Of a stretch of 64,000 nucleotides of DNA, positions 1 through 18,793 are shown piece by piece. Position 1 is the first letter of the stretch, and each line of letters begins with the position of its first letter. Source of the DNA: Cercozoa sp. M6MM (Eukaryota > Protista > Endomyxa: Ascetosporea); NCBI GenBank assembly GCA_040357565.1, contig JBDODJ010000016.1. One strand, written 5' to 3'. The notes under the pieces were generated by a model. It was given only the letters and a program-made list of their open reading frames with translations. It was not told where the DNA came from and made no database searches. A program made the translations under genes and the position numbers.

Positions 1-8
1 AAATAGAA

Positions 9-44
<36 letters not shown>

Positions 45-784
45 CAACGTACATGGAAGAAAAGCTGGGCCACCAACTCGCCCTGCAGGGGAGCGCTACA
101 GCACATAGAACAGAGGTGCCACAGGTACACTTCCCAAGAGAACAGAGAAAGCAGATACAGAACGCCACAAGGACCGCCAAACAGCTGCCGCAAACCAGCG
201 CGGAACTCGGTTCCTTTCGTATCTTCTACAAACACATAAACACAACACACACATGCACACAAATATACACCCAGACACCAGTCACTACTCAGGAAAGAGA
301 ATTTCGAGTTACGAGAAGAGCTGTCGTACTGGGCGAATGCAAACTTTTGCGACAACCAGCGTCGTCTACATTCACAAAGACATACCCATTAGCAGCATCT
401 TCAAAAAGTTTGTAATACCTGTCCTCGTCTTGAGCGTCCGCACCAAACAACAAGGACATCAGTTCCGCCTGCTTCGCAGGTGCGATTTCACTCCACGTCA
501 AGGCAGACGCTCGCGCACGCTTGGCAGGAGGCTCCTGCTGCTGTACGCCACGGTCGCGCGGACGCACGCGGATCTCAAACGTGAAATCGCCGAGTTCGCT
601 GTCGTCAATGCAGCTCATCAGGGCCGCATTCAACGGCGCTGCCAAACACAGCAGAGGGGATTAGTTTTTCGTTTTCCGTTCGTACAATATACAGACATAT
701 AAATGGAGAGGTACTGTCGCCAGGCAGCGAGCACGTACGACGAGCTCCATTGGCATCAACAAGTGTAAAGTCTATGTCGTCCAT
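1..784 (-). CDS. Hypothetical multi-exon protein, 3' end runs off the window; head-to-head with Rab5
   Basis: ATG at 784 (MDDIDFTLVDANGARRTCSLPGD), GT-AG introns, further exons such as PLNAALMSCIDDSELGDFTFEIRVRP; no recognisable motif. Confidence 0.5.
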
Positions 785-1201
785 CTGGTCAGTGCTAATG
801 GAGAACCTGTCAACACATATCCATGCAGATGATACGATAAGAATGTTGTTGGGAAAGTACAATCGCACAGCTCGCGGACTTTTGCTTAGCTTTTGTCTTA
901 TAGAGCACGATATCGCACAAAACACTAAAAAAGCAACTTGTCCGGCAACTCTGCTCTGTAATTCTGATTTTCCTGTGAAACAGCACACATCGGATCAACT
1001 GCAATACAAAATATGTCGGTCGGACCCTTCGACTCAAATTGCGAGTTCCCGAGCCAAATAGCAGGTTGAGTGACGACGGCTGCTAGCGCCGACTAGACAC
1101 TGCAAACGCGGTTTGAAGCTAGGGAAAGTATAGTGGGGCTGCTGAGGAAGCAAATTGAGTTGTGATCGGAGCTGCTCGCTGATTAGTCTGTTGGAGCGCA
1201 T

Positions 1202-2492
1202 ATGACGACTAGCTCGGCTCCTCGGCAAGTAAAACTCGTGTTGTTGGTATGTGGCACTTTAGAGCAGGATTTTTCGTTGGTGACCGATTTTGATCAATGT
1301 TGCGCGAGAACTGCGAAAAAATGATGATGTGGGCTTCTTCAGGGCGACACTGCCGTCGGCAAGACGTCGCTCGTTATGCGGTGTCGTGATTTCCCTTGTG
1401 CCGTTCCGGCGTTGCCTTGCTTTCTTGACCCACTGTTTTCTGTGCAGCTTCGCGAAGGACGTTTGGTTCGAGTATCAGGTACACTGCATTCCGCGAAGGC
1501 TCCAAACAGAGGAAGACGTAAGCTCATACGAAATCTCAACAGGAGAGCACAATCGGAGCAGCCTACATGCCGCACACAATTCAGGTGACTTTTTCAAAGC
1601 AATAATCTGTATCCCAAATACGTGTTGTATGTTGCGTTTCCTGCAGGTGGATGGCACGCCAATTAAATTCGAAATTTGGGATACGGCCGGGCAGGAGCGA
1701 TACCATGCGCTTGCGCCGATGTACTACCGCGGTGCAGGTGCAGCAGTCATGGTACGTTAGCTCTTGCCCCCCAACTTTCTTTGCACGTACTGCGCTTTGG
1801 CAGGTTTACGATATCACCAGTGCGTACTCCTTCCGGAGAGCTCAACAGTGGGTCCACGAGCTCCGCTCTCAGGTACCTTGCTTACGGGCGTGAGCACAAA
1901 TTTTCGCAACTCTATGTTTGTATCAGGTAAGTGACTGCGTGGTCGCTCTTGCTGGCAACAAGTGCGATCTGGTATTACCTCCTGCATGCATCTTGATATT
2001 CTTTGTGACTGCCGTCACTCCCTTCTTTTGGCAGGCCGATCACCGTGAAGTTGAAACAGAGGACGCCAAGTCTTTTGCTGAGGGTAGTGTTTGTGTGCGT
2101 GCGTGCGCGCGCGCGCGTGTGTTGTGTGATCATTTGTGTCATTGGATACTCCCGGTCCCTGTAGAGCACGATTTGGTGTTTCAAGAGACGTCGGCGAAAG
2201 CTGACATTCATGTTGGAGAGTTGTTTGAGCAGCTCGGTCGCAGGTACACCTCGAGTTCTGCAAAGGAGATGAACATGTTGATTTGAAACCTTGCCTAGGT
2301 TGCTGGAGCAGGAGCGCCAACGAACGCAGGAGGAGGAAGAGCGGCGGAAGCGGTGAGTTTCTCGCTTTCTGCTCTTGCGCTGTATCCTCTCTGTTCAAAC
2401 TAACTATCAAATGCTGCCGCTACAGGGAACAAAAGAACTCTGGCACCGTCCGCATTGACAACACCAACAAGTCTTCCGGTGGCTGCTGCTGA
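1202..2492 (+). CDS. RAB5: Rab5-family small GTPase, 11 exons
   Basis: Spliced motifs [60 protein letters not shown]-terminal GGCC prenylation motif, stop TGA ending 2492. Confidence 0.93.
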
Positions 2493-2894
2493 TGATTTCC
2501 GTTTCAGTCGGCCAGAGTTTTCTCGACGGAACACGGGCGATTGTCCCGAGGTAGATTATGGTCGCCGCCGCACGCGTAAGCCAACTCACGGCACCGCACT
2601 GCAACGCAAAAACGGCGTGAGGCCGTCACGGTGATTACCGTGAGTACGGTTCTACCCTTCGCTTGCCTACGTTACGTTACTTCAGTTACTAGATCGTACC
2701 AGTACGGTACGCAAGTACGATACGCAAGGTAGTTATCAATAGAGTTCGATAAGAAACCAACTCTGGGGTGGGCCGCAAGCGGCACGCGAGGTAACAACGG
2801 GATGTCACGCGCCCAGATCAGGAGTAGCTTGCATAGCAGTATACGGTCACGATCACGGTGGACGGCGTCCGGTTTCCGTGACTGCGGCTCGATC

Positions 2895-9670
<6,776 letters not shown>

Positions 9671-10023
9671 TCCTACGTTTTGACGTTCCGTGGTGTAGAC
9701 TCTGGGAGCAGCAAGTTTTCGACCGTACGCAGACTGCACACTCTCTACTGACTCAGCTACATAAGTTTAATATCGTACTGTATTCCGATCTGCGGCGCAG
9801 TCTGTGCGGTATTCGAATATTGGATACACGATGCGGGGTTGCCAATGCAAAACTGTGTCGGTGAAGACAACGATGTACGGTCGTTCGAGTAAATGTTCGT
9901 CCGACGTTTTCAACAAACTGAAAGATACTCCAGTTGAGAGTTTGAAAAGGTGTGTTCGAAGAATTCACAGCTGAAACTGAACGATTTTGTCGTCGGTTGC
10001 TTCTAACTCTTGCGTAAAATCGA

Positions 10024-10175
10024 CCAAGTCAGTTGCTTTGGTGTCAACAAGCTCTCTGTTGGGGAACCTCGGTATCTGTTGAGGAACCTGTTTTTTCACG
10101 CCACTCTACCAATCTGCCAAGTTCGGCAATTGCTAAGTCGCTGTACCGTATCAACTCTCAACCTTACCAACACTT
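10024..10175 (+). mobile_element. Degenerate fragment of repeat family 1
   Basis: CAAGTCAGTTGCTTTGGTGTCAACAAGC and CTCTCAACCTTA.CAACACTT match the copies at 29.4-29.7 kb and 37.9-38.1 kb. Confidence 0.7.
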
Positions 10176-10228
10176 AGCCACAGTACTGCGCTGCGCTATA
10201 CTCAACTTCTAGTCTCAACGCAACGGAC

Positions 10229-13200
10229 TTAAAATCCAAGGTCGGTCATGAGAGTGCGTTGTCGCGGACGCTCCGTGTCGCTGAGGCCGTAACTACGAAA
10301 CACAGAGAGCAGGTCAGAGTGCCAATGATAGATAGACAAGAAGAAGAAAGAAGATAAACTACACGAGCAGCTGGCCGGCCGCAGTGCCAGCCAGGAGGTG
10401 CAGCTCGTGCGCCGACCACGCAAGCGTATTGATGGCTGCCGGTGCGTCGTCGAACGAAGCCACTTCACTCAAGCTACACAGATGCACACACACGCATAAG
10501 ACCAGTCATGGGCACACTGAGAGACTGGGCCATACTCAAACAGTGCGCGCACTGTGACACGGCCTCGTTGTCCTCCCTGCACAAGCACAGCAAGGTAACA
10601 CAGCGGGGGGGGGGGGGGNNNNNNNNNNNNNNNNNNNNNNNNNNNNNNNNNNNNNNNNNNNNNNNNNNNNNNNNNNNNNNNNNNNNNNNNNNNNNNNNNN
10701 NNNNNNNNNNNNNNNNNNGGGGGCAAGGGTATATAGGTATATGATATATAGGTATATGGGGGGTAGGGTCAGTACCAACACTGACATGGTCAGGTACTGC
10801 GACGGCACGAGCGACAACAAATGTCGCAGGGCACGCCACACTCTGAGGGTGAGGGGTAGGGTAGGAGGGGGTAAGGGGTAGGGTAGGGGGGTAAGGGTAG
10901 GGTAGGGGGTAAGGGGTAGGGTAGGGGTAAGGGGTAGGGTAGGGGTAAGGGGTAGGGTAGGGGGTAAGAGGCTAGGGGGTAGAGGGGTAAGGGGTAAAAG
11001 AGACCGCAGCTGCGTCATCTGCGCCAGTGTGGCATCCTACCAAGTGACACACACACGTGTGACCACCCTATGATCAGCCACGTGGCCACTGACCCGATGT
11101 GACCACCACCCACCCACGTGGGCGGCCACTTTCAGTGTGCGAGAAACGCACCTCGTGAGCCAGAGCGATCAGCACGCGCAGCAGCGCCGCCAGCGTGTCC
11201 TCCTCGTCCTGGCGTTTCTCGTTCCCGCCGTCCGTCTCTATAGCGGTACACACGGACGGTACACACGTACGGCACAGGTACACATGGACAAGGACAGGGA
11301 CAAGAACAGGGACAGGGACAGAGGGGGCACCTCGCAGCAGTTGCGCCCACTTGTGCAGCACGACAATGACGAGCGACACGCCGCCCAGACTCCGCAGCAG
11401 CACCGTGGCTACAGCGTTCCGTATGACAGCTCCCTTAACAGAGACTCCCCAGTGGGACACTTGTACGTCCAGATGTACCGTTGGTGAGCCGGAATCGCCA
11501 AGTGCGCCGGAGACACCGCGCATGTAGTGGACGTTCGCCCAGCTGACGCTGCGCCTGTCTCTGTGTGTGCCACATCATCACTTTACCTTCGTTATTACCC
11601 CGCCTATTACCCTCCCATTATCCCTTACCCCTACCCCCTACCCCCTACCCCCCCCCCCTACCCCTGCCCCATACCCCTACCCCTACCCCCCCCCCACTCC
11701 CCCCCCCCCCCCCCTGTATGCTGGGTACATCAGGCGGCGTGCCGTCCAGCACGTAGTCGCCGTCGGCAGCGCCGGCGTGCAGCCACAGCGCCACCGACGC
11801 GCGCAGTTCCGCCGCCACCTCGCTGCTCGTCTCTGCCGTGAGGGGGGTAAAGGGGAGTAAAGGCGGGGTAAAGGAGGGAAATATGGGTACCGTGCGTACG
11901 CTCGAAGCAAGCTGTGTAGTCAGCGCCACGTGCGTAGATCACCTCGGCATGAGCCTGTCCAGATCGGTCAGACAGAAGGCCATATGGACAGGGCCATATG
12001 TACCCGGCCATATGGACCGACAGATGTACCTCGTTAAGGGCGCGTTCAAACAGAGCGAGCGTGCCAAGCTGGCCGCGGAAAGCCTTGCCAAACGAGTCCG
12101 TACCTACACAGACATACATATATATCCTCATATATATATATATATTAAAATACACAGAGACTTAATCGTATACTGATGCGTGTACCATAGAAACACCGAG
12201 TGACCGGTGTGTCCGCGCGGAGACAGCTCGATGCCGTCGCGCACAGTCGTTGCGCGCCGTCCACAAAGACGCGAACTTGCGTGCCGAGCGGCTGCGTCGA
12301 CTGCGAGCCCACCAGCTGCACGTGGGTACAGGGTATAAAGGGGTAAAGAGGGGGGTAAAGAGGGGGGTAAAGCCACCAGCTTCTGTCGCAACGAGGCCGA
12401 CGACGACGGCGGCGGCGAAAGCGACAGCACCACGTGACACCACCGTCGAGTGGCTACACACACACACACGTACAAACAGACGGTACATACGGACGGGCAG
12501 CAGGACTGGCTACATGTGGTGTCGCTCTCCACAAACGGCACCACGAACTCGTCTGCCGCCGTCTGTATGGGGGGGCAAAGGGTAAAGGGGAGGGTAGGGA
12601 GTAGAGGGGGTGGTGGGGTAGAGGGGGTGGAGGGGGTAAGGGGTAGGGGGGATAAAACTGCACCTCGCGAAAGCGCAGCACAATGCGCAGTCCGTCGTCA
12701 GCCACATAGATTTCGACACCTTCACAAAGACGGGGGGGGGGGGGTAAATGGGGAGTAAAGTGGGGGGATAGGGATGAAGTGGATAAAGTGAGAGGGTAAA
12801 TGGGAGGGGGATATAGGAGGTAAAATGGGTATGGGGGTAAAGGCAGTCTACCTTGCGTGCCATCCTGAGTCAGCAGCGACACCAGGCACGAAGTGTCCGA
12901 CTGAGTCAGTTCAGTCGACTGAGTCACCTGAGTAGACAGGAACCACAGCGACAGAGCGCAGCTGCTGGGCAGTTGCTGTCCCAAACGCACACGCAAATTA
13001 ATTCCTCGGAAACACTTCCGCGCGGACACACAAAATACAAGAAACAGCAGAAAAATTAAACCCTCAGCGGCGCCAGTAACAGACCGCTGCTTTCGCCGTC
13101 GCACTCTGCAGGAATATCAACAACCGTGTTTGAACAACCGTGTTCGAACAACCTTGTTTGAACAACTTTGTTATTTGCAATCCAATGTTACGCAGGAAAC

Positions 13201-16200
13201 TCGCCGGGTCACTCCGTTCTTCCTTCACGATCTGCTTTGGTTTGATAGTTCCATTTTCTTGTATTCTTCCAGAAAGAGCGGACAGGTAGCGGAAGGGATC
13301 GCACCAGTGCGAGCGTGTGGAGTAGTCGCTGCACGCGGCGTTTCTCCGAGGTCTGCCGGAAAAAGAAACAATCGACACCAGGGGGAAGGGAAAGGGGGAG
13401 GAGTAGGGGTAGGGAGAGGGGTAGGAGTAGGGTAGGTCGGGGATAGAATGGGGGGCAAAGGGTCCAAGGAGGCAGACAGTCGCCAGTCTACCTGCTTTAC
13501 AATGGCGAGGAAGCGACGCAAATGTCGCGCTGTCAGACGACGCGATCCCTGGGGTAATGGGGGGGTGGTAAATGGGGGGTAAAATGGGCGAGTGAAATGA
13601 AGGGTGTAGGATTAGGGTAGGGTTAGGGTAGGGTAGGGGTAGGGGGGTAGGGGGGTAAAGCACTACCACGTGCTCGAACAGGCGCAGCTGCAGTTCGTAG
13701 AGCGTTTCGTCGTCCTCGCGGAAGCGACGAGTGTCCGGTCGCTCCAACAGCTGCAGCAGCTGCGTCAGCACTGCTCAAGGTGGTCACCCAGTCACACATG
13801 TGGCCACTCAGTCACGTGGTCAGTGAGGCACGTGGTCAGTCACACACGTGGTCAGTGCAGGCACGTGGTCAGTGCGGTGGTACCCGGCTTGTCGCCGCCG
13901 ACGAAGCGCGAACGCGGTGACGTCGCCGTCCGTCGCAGCAGCCACTGCAGCAGTCGGTGGCACGCACCTTTAAGCATACACACACCGGTCCATATGGACA
14001 CACAGTCCGTATAGACACACAGGCAGTATGGACACACAGGCAGTATGGACACACAGTCCGTATGGGCACACACACGGTACATGCATACGGTATACATATA
14101 CGGTCCATTTCGACTGTACCTGTCTCGGCGTGCGGCAGCAGCGTCAGTGCCGACACGAGTCCTGTCCGAGTAACGAGGGTCGGGGGGGGGTAAAGGGATA
14201 AGGGGGGTAAAGGGATAAGGGGTAAAGGGTTAAGGGGGTAAAGGGTTAAGGGGGGTAAAGGGTTAAGGGGGGTAGAGGGTTAAGGGGGGTAGAGGGATAA
14301 GGGGGTAAAGGGATAAGGGGAGTAAAGGCAAAGGGACAGGGGGGGGGGTAAAGTGCACCATCAGAGAAGACGAGTTCGGGCTGAATTTGCTCGCGTGGCG
14401 CGTCGACCCTACATATCCAACGGGGGTAGGGGGTAAAGGGGGTAAAGAGGGGGGTAAAACTACAGTGCCGAGCCATCCAGCGCAAAATCGTTGACGACGC
14501 CCTTCTCGCAAAAATCGGCGTCGCACGCGCATCGCACACAGTCCTGGAAGAGGGGGGTAAAGGGGGGTTAATGGGGTAAAGGGGTAGGAGGGTGAAGGGC
14601 TAAGTGCACCCACAGCAAGCATTCCGGAACACAAGCGTTCTTTGGCAGCAGACGTGCCAAGAATAACTGCGTCAGTGCCACCGGGCCACCTTGTTCACTA
14701 CACACACACGTAGACACTTGTATGTACCAAGGGGGGGGTAAATACCACCACATGGCCTGGTAACGAGGATTCTGCCGTGTGCACAGTGACGTCGCCAGCA
14801 GCATCGATCGACACAGTAGTACCCTGGGGAGGGGGTAAACAGGGGGTGAACAGGGGGGTAAACAGGGGGGTAAACAGGGGGGTAAACAGGGGGGTAAACA
14901 GGGGGGTAAACCGCAGCAGGCAGGCGTCGGGCGGCAGGTGCGAGGCCGTCCACAGCGCGCACTGCGGCAGCGCCGTCAGCAGGCCGGCCCGGCGCCAGAG
15001 TCGCTGCACGCCGGGCAGCGCGTCCTCGTTGGCGCGCAGCAGACTGCCGGCCACCTGATCGCACAGTGATCATACCAGAGTGACCACATGACGTACATTG
15101 GCCAGTCAGACTGATCGGAAGGTACCACGTGCACCAACAGTGCCGTCCACACCGCCGGACGGCGTTGCAGCGCGTCGCTCTGCAGCACGCGCATCGTGTC
15201 GCTCGCCAGTTCTCTGCCCGGGGAGGGGGGTAAGGGGAATAAAGGGAGAGCATGAGGATAGGGACAGATGGGGAGGGATGGGAATAGGTGGGTAGGCTTA
15301 GGTGGGTAGGCTTAGGTGGGACATACCCGGAGCACGAGGCCTCACTGCCACTGATGCCACTGGTACTGATCCCACTGGTACTGATTCCACTGGTACTGAT
15401 GCCACTGGTACTGATCCCACTGGTACTGGCACTGATCCCACTGGTACTGATCCCACTGGCACTGGCACTGACACTGTTGGAGGTGACGGAGCGACCGCCG
15501 TCCGACAGTTGCGGCGACGTTGTCTACTCACACACATACACACACAATATATATTTATATCTATACACAGTAGCATCCGCGCGGAACGTCGCTACCGTGG
15601 CAGATGCCGCCGTAGCCACCACCAGCGACGCCGTCAGTCTCCGCGCGGCCGCACGAACGCGCTGCTCGTCGTCTGAACAGGGGGGGGGGCGAACGAGAAT
15701 AGGGTAAAGGAGTCAAATAGAGGTAAGGGGGCTAGACTACCAGCAACCAACGGCAGCAGCAGGCCCGACACGCCTTGTCTGAGGAAACGGAGGCACGTGT
15801 GCCACTCGAGTACAAATGAGTGTGCCACGTGTCAAAAGGTACCGCTGCTGCAGAGCGACTCGTTGCACGGCACGTGCCTCCAGTGCCTGTGTCACCTGCA
15901 CTCTCACACACGTGCCAAGTCACACAGGTCAAGTCACACCGGTCAAGTGAACAACGGTACCAGAGTCAAAGCAGCCACACGTGCCTCTGTCACCGGGACC
16001 CTCTCTACAGTCAAGTGAAACCACGTGGTCAACCATACATTCTGACACTCACAGAGTCAGAGACGGTTGCACCCGACTCTGCCAGCGACGGTGTCGCAGC
16101 CGCACACAGCAATGCCGCTCGCAGCGCGTCGCACTTCAGCATCGCGTGGTGCCACGCACCCTTCGTACACACCGGGGGGAGGTAAACAGGAGGGTAAACA

Positions 16201-18761
16201 GGGGGGGGGGGGGTAAACAGGGGGGTAAACAGGGGGGTAAACAGGGGGTAAACAGTACCCGTTCGCCCAGGCGCAGCGCGAGTGTGAGCGAGTCGCAGAC
16301 GTCGCGTGCCACGACACACGCGATCAGTCTGCACGAGTGGTCGCTTTGAGTGCACACGTGCTCAGTGGACACGTGCTCAGTGGCTATGTGCTGAGTGAGC
16401 ACGTGCTCAGTGGCAGTGGAACCGCGCGGAAGGTGCAGCACGTGGCGGCAGTGCAGCAGCTGCTGCACCAGCAGGTCGCACTCGACGTCGCACGGAGCGC
16501 CGGGCCGCGTGGTCAGCGAGGTCAGCGTCGCCAGTGCAAAGGCACGCAGCGACTGCGCCGACGGTGTCGCGCACTCGGCCACGTGGAACAGCGTCGGCAG
16601 ACTCACCGTCTCCGACTCGGCCACCGTCCCAGTAGAGGTAACACCGTCGGTATCAACATCGTCGGAATCAACACCGTCGGAATCAACACCGTCGGTATCA
16701 GTGCCACCGCACCACAAGGCACGCAGCAGCGGCGCCAGCGTCCACTGCGACTTCCAGGCCGCCGAGTCACCTGCAGGGGGTACATGGGGGGGTAACAAGG
16801 GGCAGTCGGTAATAGGGAGGGAAGCAACGAGTACCGACACTGGCCATGCCGCGCAGGTAGCGAGTCAGCAGATGCACGCGCACGTGTCGTAACCTCACTG
16901 TGCACACACGTGTCCACTGACCGATCGACCGACTGACCGACTTGAGACACGTGGTCTCACCCCACTGAGAAAGTACCAGGTGTGTCCGAGTCGAACGTGC
17001 ACGCAGCAGCCATTACTCTCTGCACACACACAGTCACAGGGATCATGCGGGCAAAGGGGGTAAAGGAGGTAAAGGAGGTAAGAAGGGTAAGGGGGTAAAA
17101 GGGGTCTAGACACGAGGCTACCGCCAGTCGCGTGGCAGCACTGTCGTCGTGACCCACGTCCGTATCCGTGTCTTCTGCCGGGGGGGTAAGGTAGGGTGAA
17201 GTAGGAACAAAGAGAGGGGGTAAACAGGAGGGTAAATAGGGGGGTAAATAGGGAGGTAAATAGGGAGGTAAATAGGGAGTAAACATGGGGTAACAGGGGC
17301 GAGGTAAATAGGGGGTAAACAGGGGGGTAAGGAGGAAACAACGGGCACCATTGGAGTGAAACTGCGGCATCGGCAAACGCGCCTGTCGCGTCTCCTCGGA
17401 GGCACGCCAGTGACCGCTGGTTTTAGCGGGTATCCGCGCGGACCGCGTGTGCGGCAGAGTGACGGCACTGCAGGCCAGCACACCGGCCAGCACAGAGGCC
17501 ACGTGCCAACTGGGCAGTGGCAGGCACCGTCCCTCTGACGACCGTGTCTGCGCCAGTCGCACCAGTGCTTCGCTTACGTGCGCTAGCTGCGCCGCCACCT
17601 CTGCGTCCGCGCGGCCTGTCGGGTCAACAGGAGGGTCAGCGGCGGATCAAGAGAGGGGAGGGGAAGGAGGGAAAACAGGGAGGCAGGCACCCTCGAAAGG
17701 CAGCGCCGTCAGTTCGCGCAGATCGGCGGCCAGCGCGTCAAAGAAACCGGCACGTGCGCAGTACTACATACACACACACAATATATATATATATGTACAT
17801 AAACATATACATATGTAGAGCTACATACATATACATATATATATATATATAAAATGTAAATGCATAGATACAATAGGCAGTACCTGCAATGCGTCGGACG
17901 GTGTCACCGGCGCTGCCAGCGACGTCGACTGGCACCACGCGTCCTCTCTCTGCCAGGGGAGGGTAAACAGGGGGGGTAAACAGGAAGCTAAACGGGAGGG
18001 GGTAAGCGGGGCACCACGTGCGTCCAGAAGTGCCGCAGGCAGAGCAGCGCGTCGAGTCGCCGCCGCACTCGAAAAAGTGAGTGCACACGCGAGGCCACGT
18101 GCTTCGACTGATCGTGCGTCACGGAGTGGTCACTTCTTGGGTGGTCACTTGAAAGATCACTAGGGTGATCACTTGGGTGGTCAGCAGTCCGATCACTGGG
18201 CCGATCGGTCGGACGATCACTCAGGGAGAGACGCGACACGGCGCGCGCCATCAGCGCGTCCACTGCGCCGGCGTGGAACAGCTGCACCAGGGGGAGGGGG
18301 TAACGGGGGTAACAGGGGTAACAGGAGGGTGTAACGGGGGGGTGCAACAGGGGGGTATAAATGGCACCGTCTGACGCGCCTTGGACGACAGCAGCGACGA
18401 GGCGCCACAGAAGTGCATCACCTGAGTCGAGTCAGATAGAGAGGGGCAGGTGCCTACGTCAAGACATCGAGGGGGCATACCTCACACTCCAGCTGCGCAT
18501 GCGCCAGCGACGATGGGGAACCGTTGGCTACATACACACATACATACACATAATACACATACATACACACATACACACATCCAGACATACATACATACAC
18601 ATATACACATACACACACCCAGACATACATACATACACACATATATACATACACGATACACATACATACATACATACATACAAACACACATACATACATA
18701 CATACATACATACATACATACATACATACATACANNNNNNNNNNATACATACATACATACA

Positions 18762-18793
<32 letters not shown>

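Noticed and set aside
2622-2795. Hairpin and GTTAC/GGTAACA motifs between Rab5 and the SWR1-like gene as another element or ncRNA
   Set aside because: The stem is short, there is no TSD, and I saw no homology to the other elements.
13040-13330. Foreign insertion in the BEACH gene (AT-richer stretch with 14-bp repeats at about 13119-13168)
   Set aside because: It resolves into ordinary exons (ECDGESSGLLL) and a short intron containing a small tandem repeat.
14182-14350. Telomere or interstitial telomeric array
   Set aside because: Units are heterogeneous, confined to introns between in-frame exons, and not a homogeneous TTAGGG-type run.
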